36,731 bases of DNA from Candidatus Micrarchaeota archaeon (GTDB lineage: Archaea > Micrarchaeota > Micrarchaeia > Anstonellales > Bilamarchaeaceae), in the NCBI GenBank assembly GCA_016935455.1, contig JAFGQX010000055.1, positions 1 through 36,731 of the forward strand. The letters are read 5' to 3'. The notes beneath the pieces were generated by a model, which worked only from the letters and a program-made list of their open reading frames with translations, was not told the DNA's origin and made no database searches. A program made the translations under genes and the position numbers. Each line of letters starts with the position of its first letter. Position 1 is the stretch's first letter. This document shows, one piece after another, positions 1 through 8,934 of this stretch.

Positions 1-927
1 ATGAAATGCGTAGGACGCCAAAAGGGGGAATGCAAGTGTTGCCTCGGCCCATATCATCTGCTCACTGCTTGAATCCACTTTTCCCCAGGAGTTTGCTTCT
101 TTAAGCGTGGAGCCTGAAAGCGCCCCGTCCCTTACATCCGCAACGGTTATCTGCACTGCGTATTTGTGCATTTTTGCTTCTTCTCCAAGAAGGTCAGCTG
201 CAACGACTATGTCCTGGGCAAAATTTTTCGGAACCCCGCCTCCGAGCATAAGAAGGCCGGTATCCCCGCATCTAATTTTAATATCCGTAAGCTCTCTGAA
301 ATCTTTGACCGAGTCAATACTCACATACCTGTCCGGATTTTTCTTCTGGTGGTATACAAGTCCGAATCCTGCAGAGCAGTCTGAAAATGCGGGAACAAAT
401 ATCGGAACGCCTTTTTCATATGCGGAGAGAACAACTGAGTTTTCCGCCTTTGAGCCCTTTTTCTTCAGATATTTTCCCATTTCAAGTATAAATTCCCTTG
501 AGGAATACTGTCCGGGTTCAAGGGAATCTGCAATCTCCGCAATAGTCATATCGCAGACTCTAAGTTCGTCTTCGTCTATGTATGTATCGTATATCCGGTC
601 TATGTGGAGTTCATAAAGTTCCTTGTCGTCCGAAAAGGGGTCTCCCTTATAATGCCTGAAACCAAGAGCCTCAAAAAAGTCCTGGTCAACAATCAGCGCG
701 CCGGTTGAAACAACTGCGTCCACAAGATTATTGTTTATTAATTCAGCAACAGCATCTTTCAGTCCTGCGCTGAATATCGAGCCTGCAAGGGTCAGGATAA
801 CTGCAGTTTCCCCGTCTTTCAGCATTTCCCCGTAAAGTTTTGCCCCTTCTGCAAGGTTTCTTGCCTGAAATGACATATTGGAATATGCCTCAATCACCGG
901 TACTGCATCAATCTTTTTTATATCCAC
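1..927 (-). CDS. dys: Deoxyhypusine synthase, 3' end cut by the window edge
   Basis: The minus-strand frame is open from position 1 up to an in-frame TAA at 982-984. It is absent from the ORF track because it runs off the window. My translation contains ...LMLGGGVPKNFAQD... and ...LKEANSWGKVD..., the SWGK active-site lysine motif of deoxyhypusine synthases. The start is uncertain: GTG at 927, ATG at 875, or a non-canonical ATA at 969 (see findings). Confidence 0.8.
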   Translation of the reverse strand, partial: MDIKKIDAVPVIEAYSNMSFQARNLAEGAKLYGEMLKDGETAVILTLAGSIFSAGLKDAVAELINNNLVDAVVSTGALIVDQDFFEALGFRHYKGDPFSDDKELYELHIDRIYDTYIDEDELRVCDMTIAEIADSLEPGQYSSREFILEMGKYLKKKGSKAENSVVLSAYEKGVPIFVPAFSDCSAGFGLVYHQKKNPDRYVSIDSVKDFRELTDIKIRCGDTGLLMLGGGVPKNFAQDIVVAADLLGEEAKMHKYAVQITVADVRDGALSGSTLKEANSWGKVDSSSEQMIWAEATLAFPLLASYAFH

Positions 928-1021
928 ATGCTTGATCTGGTCTGCCAGATAATCTTTTTTTGATGGTATAAAATCACCTGTTTAATTTTGTTATGGAAAA
1001 TTATATTTATTTTGTGATTAA

Positions 1022-1570
1022 TCAATATTCAATTTCTCCCCATGATGTTTTCAGTTTTTTGCCTCTGCATTCTATAACCAGCACGGGCGAGTTTTCTTCA
1101 ATTTCTCCTTCTTTCCCAACCGGAACAACATACACTGCCAGATTGTCCCCGTCGTTAACATACAGTTTCACATACTTCAGCTCCGGAAAATGTTTTTTCA
1201 TAGGAGAAAGGTCTTTGATGATTTTCTTTTCACCGTAAGCTATCGCAGCCGCATCCTTAGGAGTCATATAAGCGTTGTTAAGCACTGCAATAACCTGAAG
1301 TTTTGGCCTGTTTTCATTTCCAGGAACCTCAATGCTCGTGGAAAAATTAGGGCCGATAACTGTTTTGTCTTTCCAGTATTTTTTTTCATTTTCCTCTTCC
1401 AGCTCTTCCAAATCCTCCAGCGCGACCTTTATTTTTCCGGTTTTTTTCTTGGAAAGCAGAATGCCTGGAGCAAGCAGTGCCGGCAATGCGGCTACATATT
1501 TTATAAACTCTCTTCTTTCCGGACTGAATTTATCTTTTCTTTTTGTTCTTTTTTCCCTTGTAATCTTCAT
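1022..1570 (-). CDS. Hypothetical exported protein with a twin-arginine-like signal peptide
   Basis: 182-aa ORF. A basic N-terminus is followed by SPERREFIKYVAALPALLAPGILL, which matches the S/T-R-R-x-F-L-K Tat consensus plus a hydrophobic h-region. I recognise no family for the mature part. Confidence 0.65.
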   Translation of the reverse strand: MKITREKRTKRKDKFSPERREFIKYVAALPALLAPGILLSKKKTGKIKVALEDLEELEEENEKKYWKDKTVIGPNFSTSIEVPGNENRPKLQVIAVLNNAYMTPKDAAAIAYGEKKIIKDLSPMKKHFPELKYVKLYVNDGDNLAVYVVPVGKEGEIEENSPVLVIECRGKKLKTSWGEIEY

Positions 1571-1675
1571 TTTATCGGTTTATATCTGTTTATAAGTTAT
1601 TATAAATGTTCTTTTGTTTTTAAAATTGAAATATTAGATTTTTAAATCTGAATTGCCCTATAATTATGTGGTCAG

Positions 1676-2989
1676 ATGATTTCGCCTTTTGAGGAAAGAT
1701 ACAAAACAGAGATGAATGATGTTTTTCAGGAAAAAAACAAACTGGACAAATGGATGGATGTAGAAATTGCATTGGCAAAAGCTCATTATAAACTTGGAAA
1801 TATTTCGAAAGAGGATTATGAGAACATAAAAAACGCAAAGAATAAAGTGAAAGTTGAGAGGGTCAATGAGATAGAGGCGGAAATCCATCACGATTTGATG
1901 GCGCTTGTAAAAGCAATGGCCGAGCAGGCCGGCAGAAGCGGGGGTTTTGTCCACCTCGGCGCAACCTCCTATGACATAGAGGATACTGCAACTGCACTGT
2001 TATTCAGGGATGCAATGGACATAATTGAAAAAAGCGGAAAAGACCTTCTTAAAATTCTGAAAAAACTTGCGCTTGAGCATAAAAGAACAGTGTGCATTGG
2101 AAGAACCCACGGACAGCATGCCGTCCCTACAACTTACGGAATGAAATTTGCACTTTATTATCAGGAGTTAAAAAGAAACCTTAACCGGCTGAGTGAGAGC
2201 AGAAAAAGGATTTTAGTAGGGAAGATGAGCGGCGCGGTAGGGACTAAGGCCACATTTGGGAAGGATGCTGATAAAATGGGAGAATTAGTTATGAAAGAAC
2301 TTGGTCTGGGACAGGCAGAAGTAACTACCCAGGTAATTCAGAGAGACAGACATGCGGAGGTCCTGAGCGTTATTGTTTTAATCTCCTGCCTTATGGAAAA
2401 GATTGCAAAGGAAATAAGAAACCTTCAGAGAACCGAGATACTTGAAATCTCCGAACCTTTCAAAAAGAAGCAGGTTGGTTCCTCAACAATGCCCCACAAA
2501 AGAAATCCCCATAAAAGCGAGAGGGTATGCTCCCTTGCAAAACTTGTGCGTGCAAACATGGCTGTTGCCTATGAAAATATTGCTCTTGAACACGAAAGAG
2601 ACCTTACCAATTCTGCGAATGAAAGAGTCATATTCCCGCAGATATTCATAGCAACCCATTATATGATGAAGCAGACAGAGTACATTCTGTCCGGACTTGA
2701 GTTTTTCCCGGAGAATATCCTTGCCAACTTAAACAGGACAAAAGGGCTTATAATGGCGGAGCGGCTGATGATTGCCCTTTCAAATAAAGGGGTGTCCAGG
2801 CAGGAAGCACACGAACTGGTGAGGCTGTCTGCACAAAAAGCCTTCAAGGAAAAAAGAGAATTAAAAGAAGTAGTAAAAGAAACTGAATTTGCCGACAAGT
2901 TCTCAGCAAAAGAACTGGAAGATATTTTTAATCCTGAAACTTACATTGGAAACGCGGTAAAAATTGTGGAAGGGGCAGTCAAAGACTGA
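1676..2989 (+). CDS. purB: Adenylosuccinate lyase
   Basis: 437 aa. It has the fumarate-lyase superfamily signature GSSTMPHKRNP and a purB-type N-terminus ISPFEERY. Confidence 0.9.
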   Translation: MISPFEERYKTEMNDVFQEKNKLDKWMDVEIALAKAHYKLGNISKEDYENIKNAKNKVKVERVNEIEAEIHHDLMALVKAMAEQAGRSGGFVHLGATSYDIEDTATALLFRDAMDIIEKSGKDLLKILKKLALEHKRTVCIGRTHGQHAVPTTYGMKFALYYQELKRNLNRLSESRKRILVGKMSGAVGTKATFGKDADKMGELVMKELGLGQAEVTTQVIQRDRHAEVLSVIVLISCLMEKIAKEIRNLQRTEILEISEPFKKKQVGSSTMPHKRNPHKSERVCSLAKLVRANMAVAYENIALEHERDLTNSANERVIFPQIFIATHYMMKQTEYILSGLEFFPENILANLNRTKGLIMAERLMIALSNKGVSRQEAHELVRLSAQKAFKEKRELKEVVKETEFADKFSAKELEDIFNPETYIGNAVKIVEGAVKD

Positions 2990-2995
2990 CCTTTG

Positions 2996-3922
2996 CTATA
3001 TCTCGATTGTTGCCAATTTTTTCTCTTTTCCACCTATTCCTTTCTTTACTGGGACTTTTTTCAACTTTTCGCTCTTTTCACCCTTTAAGAATATTCCTTC
3101 AGCCACCAGTTTTCCCTGTTTTTTTAAGTTTGCATCTATCTGATTTTTTACTTTGTCGTTATAAACGTAAAAGTTTCCAGGATTTTTATCTGCCAGCTTG
3201 CTTTGTATCGGGTGTATTGCCGAAATCCAGTTAATGTTATATTTTTTCTCCAGTTTTGCCCAAATGTATTCAGTATCAAGATAGTTTGCTCCATTGTATT
3301 CTTTTATCCCTTTGTATATGACCCCTGCGATTTTTTTCAATTCTCCCTTTGATTTCTTTAGTATATAATCTTTCATTCCAGAATCGCTGAGTTTCAATTC
3401 TTTCTTTACTTTTTCCTTAACTCTTTTCTCAAAATTCGCCTCGCTTTCGCCCCATTCTCGGGAAACTTTCTTTTTTTCCTTAGCCCAAAATTTTTCCTCG
3501 AGTATTTTGTATGCCGCGTAATATGCCAGGTCAGATTTGGTTTTTATCCCCTCAGGACTGTCAGGCACTCCTTTTTTATGGGCTTTGGGAAATATGTGTG
3601 AAACTATCTTGAGATTTTCCGGTTTAATATTTTTTGTTTTTTTGATTACTTTTATAAGTTCATTTTCAAAATCCTTGGCAAGTTTAGGCCTAAACTTTTT
3701 CAGTAATCTCATTGCAGTTTCCACTCTTCTCAGCTGCTTTGAATTCAGGTTATTTGTAAGAATCATCTCCGCAAGTCTTTTATCATATTTATTTGTTTTT
3801 GCAAGTTTTTCCAGCTCAAGCATTTGTTCATTGCTTATAGCTTCGCTTTTGTCATTAGTCCACAGTACTTGTACTATGTCGGTTCTGAATTCAACTTCTT
3901 CTTCAGTATATTTTCTTGCCAT
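2996..3922 (-). CDS. Hypothetical Lys-rich protein, paralogous to the C-terminal module of the upstream 668-aa protein
   Basis: 308-aa ORF with no TM segment or signal peptide. It shares DLAYYAAYKIL...IKEYNGANYLDTEYIWAKLEKKY with DIAYYAAYQIM...IKTYKGATYFDLENIYAELSKKY in the 4007-6013 protein. Confidence 0.75.
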   Translation of the reverse strand: MARKYTEEEVEFRTDIVQVLWTNDKSEAISNEQMLELEKLAKTNKYDKRLAEMILTNNLNSKQLRRVETAMRLLKKFRPKLAKDFENELIKVIKKTKNIKPENLKIVSHIFPKAHKKGVPDSPEGIKTKSDLAYYAAYKILEEKFWAKEKKKVSREWGESEANFEKRVKEKVKKELKLSDSGMKDYILKKSKGELKKIAGVIYKGIKEYNGANYLDTEYIWAKLEKKYNINWISAIHPIQSKLADKNPGNFYVYNDKVKNQIDANLKKQGKLVAEGIFLKGEKSEKLKKVPVKKGIGGKEKKLATIEI

Positions 3923-4006
3923 ATTTAAATTTGAATTTATATATTTTTAAATATTCGTACGTCCGGATATACGTCCAAAATCTGTAATGAATCCGGACAG
4001 CAGACT

Positions 4007-6013
4007 CTAAATCTTAGCCTTTTTCTTTTCAGGTGCCTTTGCAAGTTCGTATTTCACAGGCAGGGTAACTTTGCATACTTTAAGGCTTTTTGTAAGTGCA
4101 ACAAGGTCATTTACATCACTTCCCACATGAGGCATTATTTTGGACCAGTCAACTTTAAGTGTAATCTTCTTTCCTTTTTCCACACTTATCGCATCGCTGT
4201 ATATCTTTGCAAGTTTGTTTTTATCTCCTTTGGGTGTCCGCCCTATTAGCTGGGTTACAAGAATACTTTTGAATGTTCCGGGATTGTTCTCTGCAAGTTT
4301 TTCCAGGGCTTTGCCGTACCCCGTTTTTACCAGTTCTTTTGCACCTGTAAATTTGATTTTCTTTAATCCTTTGATTGCTTTCCCCATTGCATCTGCCATC
4401 ATTTTTTCTCCAGCTTCAACGTTCTCGCCTATCTTTTCTTTAACATCCGGTGTGTATGAGTAAAACAGGGGGTCTCTTTCTTTAAGGGCCCACTGCACCT
4501 TTTGTATGGCGTCAATATCTACAACAGAGTATTTTTTTGATAATTCTGCGTATATATTTTCAAGATCAAAATATGTTGCTCCTTTGTAAGTTTTGATATT
4601 CTCAGCTATAATGCCCTGGATCTTTGAAATATCTTTCCTGCCCTTTTCCATTATATAAACTGCTTTTTCCGCATCGCTCATCTTTGTATCCGGTTTTAAT
4701 ATGTTCATCATTATTTGGTAAGCTGCATAATATGCAATGTCCTTTTTGTCTTTTACACCTTTAAGATTGACAGCAAGAATATCCTTAGATTTTATTCCCT
4801 TTGTGTAAACTGCAATCCAGGGATGCTTTACTTTCAATTTTGAGAGATATTTGTCAACCTCATCTACATCTCCGCCTTTTTCAAGTGCTTTGGCATGCAG
4901 TTCCTTTTTTAGTTTTTTGAAGTCTATTCCTATCCGTATGTCTCCTTTTTTCTTTTCAACCAGTGCGATTATCCCCGAATTAAGCGAGGTTATTTTTGAG
5001 ACAGCTGCAAGTGCTTCGTTTTTTTCGTATCCAAGATCAACGAGTATGTAATAAATCAGAGATTTTATTGCCTGCATTGTGGGCTGGGGATTGGTTATTC
5101 CGCCAAAGTGGAAATTTTTCAAAATAGAATAGACTGAAAGATTCTCTGTCTTTTCTTTTGAACTGGATATCCAGGGATGTTTTCTGTTTAGTTCTTTTCC
5201 AACAAATTCAACCAGTTCTTTTGTTGCTTCATCTTTTCCAAACTTGCTATAAAGATATTTTTCAATTCCTTCCCAGTCTATCTTTACCATTTTGTCTCCC
5301 TTGACAGGAAGAACAGTTATATATCCCCCCGCCAGTAATTTTTTCAGTGATTTTTTTATTCTTTTTTTGCTCGGCTTTTTCTCTTCTCCGAATTTAACCA
5401 GAAACAGATAATACAATGTCCAGTACAGTTTTTGTTTTACTGCAGTTTCCACAGTACCCATATACTCCTTTTCTCCGGGAATCACAGCTTCAATTGGATG
5501 AGAAAGCGCTCCTTTTTTTGCCTTTGCCACAGTTATTTTCTTCTTTAAAAGGCTGAACAGTTTGGGATTTTCCTCCTTTATTATTTCTATTGCTATCTGT
5601 CGGTAAGGGTCTGAAAAGTATTCTGCCAGCTCATCAGGAAGTTCTGAATATTCCCCCTTAATGAATAACTCCCCGCTTGCCGGATTAACTATCTCCACTT
5701 TTTTAATAAACTTGCTCATTTTTTCTATTTCTTCTGTCTTTTTTACAACCTCTTTGATAGCCTGATAAACCATTCCTTTGCTTTTAGCATAAGGCAGTAA
5801 TTCTGCAGAAGAGGCCCCGATTCCTTTTGTTATTAAGTCAACATATTCGTTTATAATTTTCTGGCTTGCTTTTCCTTTTTTCAGGGCTTTCTCAAATTCT
5901 TCGGAAAAATTTTCCTCCAAAATTATTTTTTTTAATTTTTCGTATTTCTTTTTAGGTATAAATCCATCAAAATGAGCAAGATTCAGCAGTATTCCTTCAA
6001 ATGTCTCGTCCAT
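4007..6013 (-). CDS. Hypothetical Lys-rich modular-repeat protein
   Basis: 668-aa ORF with no TM segment. It has at least three degenerate modules of about 90 aa (YY-containing helix ... V/I-x-I/V-D-W/F ... KHPWI). KHPWI occurs twice (NRKHPWISS, KVKHPWIAV). Confidence 0.8.
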   Translation of the reverse strand: MDETFEGILLNLAHFDGFIPKKKYEKLKKIILEENFSEEFEKALKKGKASQKIINEYVDLITKGIGASSAELLPYAKSKGMVYQAIKEVVKKTEEIEKMSKFIKKVEIVNPASGELFIKGEYSELPDELAEYFSDPYRQIAIEIIKEENPKLFSLLKKKITVAKAKKGALSHPIEAVIPGEKEYMGTVETAVKQKLYWTLYYLFLVKFGEEKKPSKKRIKKSLKKLLAGGYITVLPVKGDKMVKIDWEGIEKYLYSKFGKDEATKELVEFVGKELNRKHPWISSSKEKTENLSVYSILKNFHFGGITNPQPTMQAIKSLIYYILVDLGYEKNEALAAVSKITSLNSGIIALVEKKKGDIRIGIDFKKLKKELHAKALEKGGDVDEVDKYLSKLKVKHPWIAVYTKGIKSKDILAVNLKGVKDKKDIAYYAAYQIMMNILKPDTKMSDAEKAVYIMEKGRKDISKIQGIIAENIKTYKGATYFDLENIYAELSKKYSVVDIDAIQKVQWALKERDPLFYSYTPDVKEKIGENVEAGEKMMADAMGKAIKGLKKIKFTGAKELVKTGYGKALEKLAENNPGTFKSILVTQLIGRTPKGDKNKLAKIYSDAISVEKGKKITLKVDWSKIMPHVGSDVNDLVALTKSLKVCKVTLPVKYELAKAPEKKKAKI

Positions 6014-6150
6014 ACTTGATTTAATTCTTGTTTTTCTTTTTAAAACTTCCTTTTTTACTTTAATGCCGTTTGCAACTATAATTTAAACATATAATTCTCC
6101 CTCTGTAGATTCATTTATAAATGTTTGCAGACACATTACTCCTTCACTAA

Positions 6151-6160
6151 CTTTTATAAG
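6151..6160 (+). promoter_or_regulatory. Candidate TATA box for the r-protein superoperon
   Basis: The sequence cttttataag lies about 33-45 nt upstream of the candidate rpl3 starts (6193/6205), in the only sizeable intergenic gap before the operon. Confidence 0.35.
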
Positions 6161-6192
6161 TTGACGACCCTCCGATAAAATCAGAGGGCAAC

Positions 6193-7137
6193 GTGGTGTT
6201 AGTTATGGACATTAGAAAGCCTAAAAAAGGTTCTAGGGCATTCAGACCCAGGAAAAGAGCAGCGTCTCAGGTACCCAGAGTATTCTGGCCCCCGGTAGAA
6301 GAAAAAAGGATTCTCGGTTTTGCAGGTTATAAAGTGGGCATGACCCAGATTTCATTTGTTGACGATACTAATTCCCCTTCAAAAGGCCAGGAAGTAATAA
6401 CTGCAGCAACTGTTATTGAAGTCCCCCCGATGTTTGTTTACGGGATACGAGCATATATGTCAAAAAACAAATCCTGCGATTTTCTTGTTGACGATGACAA
6501 AGTAATAAAAGTACTGAAAATAAAGAAAAAGAAAGCTCAGAAAGAGATTGATTCTGCTTCAGCTGAAGACATCAGACTCCTGGTTTATGCGCTCCCCGGC
6601 AAAACTACCATTGGAAAAAAGCACATTGAAAAAATGGAGATTGCAGTGGGAGGAAAAGATTCCTCTGAAAAACTTGAATTTGCAAAATCACTTCTCGGGA
6701 AAGAACTCAAGGCAAGCGAAGTTTTCAAAGCAGGAGAGTATGTTGATATTATTGCAGTTACAAAAGGAAAGGGATGGCAGGGTCCTGTTAAAAGATTCGG
6801 GGTATCCCTCCAGAGAAGAAAGGCAACAGGCAAAAAAAGGCATGTGGGTACGCTCGGTCCGTTCCACCCAGGTTATCTTATGTATACTGCCCCGCAGGCA
6901 GGTCAGACCGGTTATCACAAAAGAACTGAACTTAACAAGAGGATATTCAGCATAGACGAGAATCTTGATGCCATAAATCCGAGCAGCGGTTTTCCTCAGT
7001 ATGGTTTTGTAAAAAACCAGTATATTCTTGTAAAAGGCTCCATTCCGGGACCTTCAAAAAGAATGGTCAGGCTGAGGGTATCAACGAGAGGAAAGGAGGT
7101 CAAAGAACCTGTTTTAAAGAACGTTTTTACTGAATGA
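6193..7137 (+). CDS. rpl3: 50S ribosomal protein L3
   Basis: SRAFRPRKRA...GFAGYKVGMTQ motifs and first position in the conserved operon. The start is GTG 6193 (GAGGG lies 4 nt upstream) or ATG 6205. Confidence 0.93.
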   Translation: MVLVMDIRKPKKGSRAFRPRKRAASQVPRVFWPPVEEKRILGFAGYKVGMTQISFVDDTNSPSKGQEVITAATVIEVPPMFVYGIRAYMSKNKSCDFLVDDDKVIKVLKIKKKKAQKEIDSASAEDIRLLVYALPGKTTIGKKHIEKMEIAVGGKDSSEKLEFAKSLLGKELKASEVFKAGEYVDIIAVTKGKGWQGPVKRFGVSLQRRKATGKKRHVGTLGPFHPGYLMYTAPQAGQTGYHKRTELNKRIFSIDENLDAINPSSGFPQYGFVKNQYILVKGSIPGPSKRMVRLRVSTRGKEVKEPVLKNVFTE

Positions 7138-7148
7138 TGGTGATACCT

Positions 7149-7937
7149 ATGAAAGCTAATGTTTATTCTGTTGAAGGAAAAAAACTCAAAACAATAGACC
7201 TTCCCCCCCAGTTTGATTCAAAATACCGTGAGGACCTGATAAGAAGGGCAGTTCTCAGCGATGAAAGCGCTGCATACCAGCCCAAAGGAAATTACCGGTT
7301 CGCAGGTATGGAAACTTCTGCCAAATACCGCGGAAGAAAAGAGGCTTACGGTTCTCTTAAAAACAAAGGACAGGCAATGCTTCCCAGAACAGTAGTTCCC
7401 GGAGGTGGAATGGGTGTTGTAAGAAGGATTCCTTCCTCAGTCAAGGGAAGAAGAGCCCATCCTCCAAAACCGGAAAAGAAAATAATTGAGCTCATAAACA
7501 AAAAAGAATATGCAAAAGCTCTGAGAAGCGCACTAGCATCCACTATGGACAAAGAGATGGTTGCAGAACTGTGCGGAAAGGAAATCGAGGTTCCTTTTAT
7601 TTTGGAAACCGGGTTTGAAAAGATTTCAAAAACTAAAGAAATCATAAAAGTGCTTGATGCCCTCAAAATCTCAGATTTGGTTGCAAAAGCAAAAAACAAA
7701 AGAAAGAAAAAAACTGGAGTAAGAAAGAAAAGAAAAAAGCAGATAACAAAATCCCCCAAATATATTATATTGGTGGTTTCAGAACAGTCAGCAGTAAAAG
7801 CGGCAAAGAACATTCCAGGCTTGAAATCAGTGCTGGTGAAGGATATGAAAGTAAACGACCTTGTGCCGGGAGCAAAGGCGGGAAGAGTTACAATATTCAC
7901 TGAAAATGCACTGAAGGAGATTTCAGAAAAGTGGTGA
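7149..7937 (+). CDS. rpl4: 50S ribosomal protein L4
   Basis: Operon position and an L4/L1e-like sequence. I chose ATG 7149 because GGTGA (7139-7143) lies 5 nt upstream; the ORF-track start 7134 has no SD spacing. It contains a basic KAKNKRKKKTGVRKKRKKQ insert. Confidence 0.9.
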   Translation: MKANVYSVEGKKLKTIDLPPQFDSKYREDLIRRAVLSDESAAYQPKGNYRFAGMETSAKYRGRKEAYGSLKNKGQAMLPRTVVPGGGMGVVRRIPSSVKGRRAHPPKPEKKIIELINKKEYAKALRSALASTMDKEMVAELCGKEIEVPFILETGFEKISKTKEIIKVLDALKISDLVAKAKNKRKKKTGVRKKRKKQITKSPKYIILVVSEQSAVKAAKNIPGLKSVLVKDMKVNDLVPGAKAGRVTIFTENALKEISEKW

Positions 7938-7942
7938 ATGAT

Positions 7943-8188
7943 ATGATAATCAAAGGCTCTATTGGAACAGAAAAATGGATTGGAAAAATAGAATTTGAAA
8001 ATACAATTGCATTCTTCGTTGACAAAAAAGCAACAAAAAAACAGATTAAAGATGAGATTATGAGGCTCTTTAATGCAAAGGCAGACGAGATAAGAACTCA
8101 TATACGCGGGAACCGAAAAATTGCCGTTGTAAAACTGGGCAAGGATGCCAAGGCTGAAGACATAGCCACAAAACTTAAAATGGTTTAG
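7943..8188 (+). CDS. rpl23: 50S ribosomal protein L23
   Basis: Operon position and an L23-like sequence. ATG 7943 lies 5 nt after GGTGA (7933-7937); the longest ORF starts at GTG 7931. Confidence 0.88.
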   Translation: MIIKGSIGTEKWIGKIEFENTIAFFVDKKATKKQIKDEIMRLFNAKADEIRTHIRGNRKIAVVKLGKDAKAEDIATKLKMV

Positions 8189-8197
8189 GTGATTTAG

Positions 8198-8929
8198 ATG
8201 GGAAAACCGCTTAAGCATCAAAGAAGAGGAAAAGGCTCTCCGAAATATCTCGCGCCAAAATCCAGATTCAAGGTAGACCTTAATTACAGGAACTATGATG
8301 ATATAGAAAAAACTGGAGTTTTAAGAGGAAAGGTTGTTGATTTTGTTGACGACCCCGGAAGAGACTCCCTCCTTATGAAAATAAAATATGATAATGATGA
8401 AGATGGTTATCTGCTTGCTCCGGAAGGAATCGCAGTAGGGGATATTATTGAGATAGGCGTTCAGGCAAAGGTTTTGAACGGTTCGGTTCTTCCCCTTTAC
8501 AGAATTCCCGACGGTGCGCCGATATTCAACCTTGAAAGGTCCCCCGGAGACGGAGGAAAAATGGTAAAAACCCCGGGTTCATACGCAACACTTATATCCA
8601 AGGAAGAAGACCAGGTTTATATTAAACTTCCGAGCAGAAGGACAGTCAAGCTTTCAAACGAATGCAGAGCACAGGTCGGTGTTATTTCAGGAGGAGGAAG
8701 AAAAGAAAAACCCCTTATGAAGGCAGGTGCAAGTTTCTACAAAAGAAAAGCAAGAAACAGAAGATGGCCAATAGTAAGAGGGGTGGCGGCTTCTGCTTAC
8801 AACCATCCTCACGGAGGAAAACAGCACCATGAAGGAAGACCGACAACAGTCAAGCGCGGAGATCCGCCAGGAAAGAAAGTCGGGCATGTAGCTGCAAGGT
8901 CCACAGGAAGAAAGAAAGGTAGAGGTTGA
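8198..8929 (+). CDS. rpl2: 50S ribosomal protein L2
   Basis: 243 aa with the NHPHGG motif and an AGGTGA Shine-Dalgarno upstream. Confidence 0.95.
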   Translation: MGKPLKHQRRGKGSPKYLAPKSRFKVDLNYRNYDDIEKTGVLRGKVVDFVDDPGRDSLLMKIKYDNDEDGYLLAPEGIAVGDIIEIGVQAKVLNGSVLPLYRIPDGAPIFNLERSPGDGGKMVKTPGSYATLISKEEDQVYIKLPSRRTVKLSNECRAQVGVISGGGRKEKPLMKAGASFYKRKARNRRWPIVRGVAASAYNHPHGGKQHHEGRPTTVKRGDPPGKKVGHVAARSTGRKKGRG

Positions 8930-8934
8930 TTTTT

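Noticed and set aside
107-616. Plus-strand ORFs of 169 aa (107-616) and 72 aa (166-384) at the window start
   Set aside because: They lie antisense to a clearly homologous deoxyhypusine synthase frame that is open across 1-981. Their translations are low-complexity with no recognisable motifs.
1636-1649. 6-2-6 inverted repeat AGATTT-TT-AAATCT in the divergent promoter region upstream of purB
   Set aside because: It is a short AT-only palindrome in a very AT-rich spacer and is likely to occur by chance. It may simply be part of a TATA element.
6168-6188. Hairpin CCCTC-(11 nt)-GAGGG that would sequester the SD-like GAGGG in front of rpl3, a possible autoregulatory leader
   Set aside because: The stem is only 5 bp. 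With the TATA-like box at 6151-6160, the transcript probably starts around 6180-6185, so the 5' arm would not be transcribed.
7346-8221. 291-aa minus-strand ORF spanning rpl4, rpl23 and the start of rpl2
   Set aside because: It is a shadow ORF antisense to three conserved r-protein genes. The F/S/C-rich, nonsense-like sequence arises because A/G-rich coding strands lack antisense stops.
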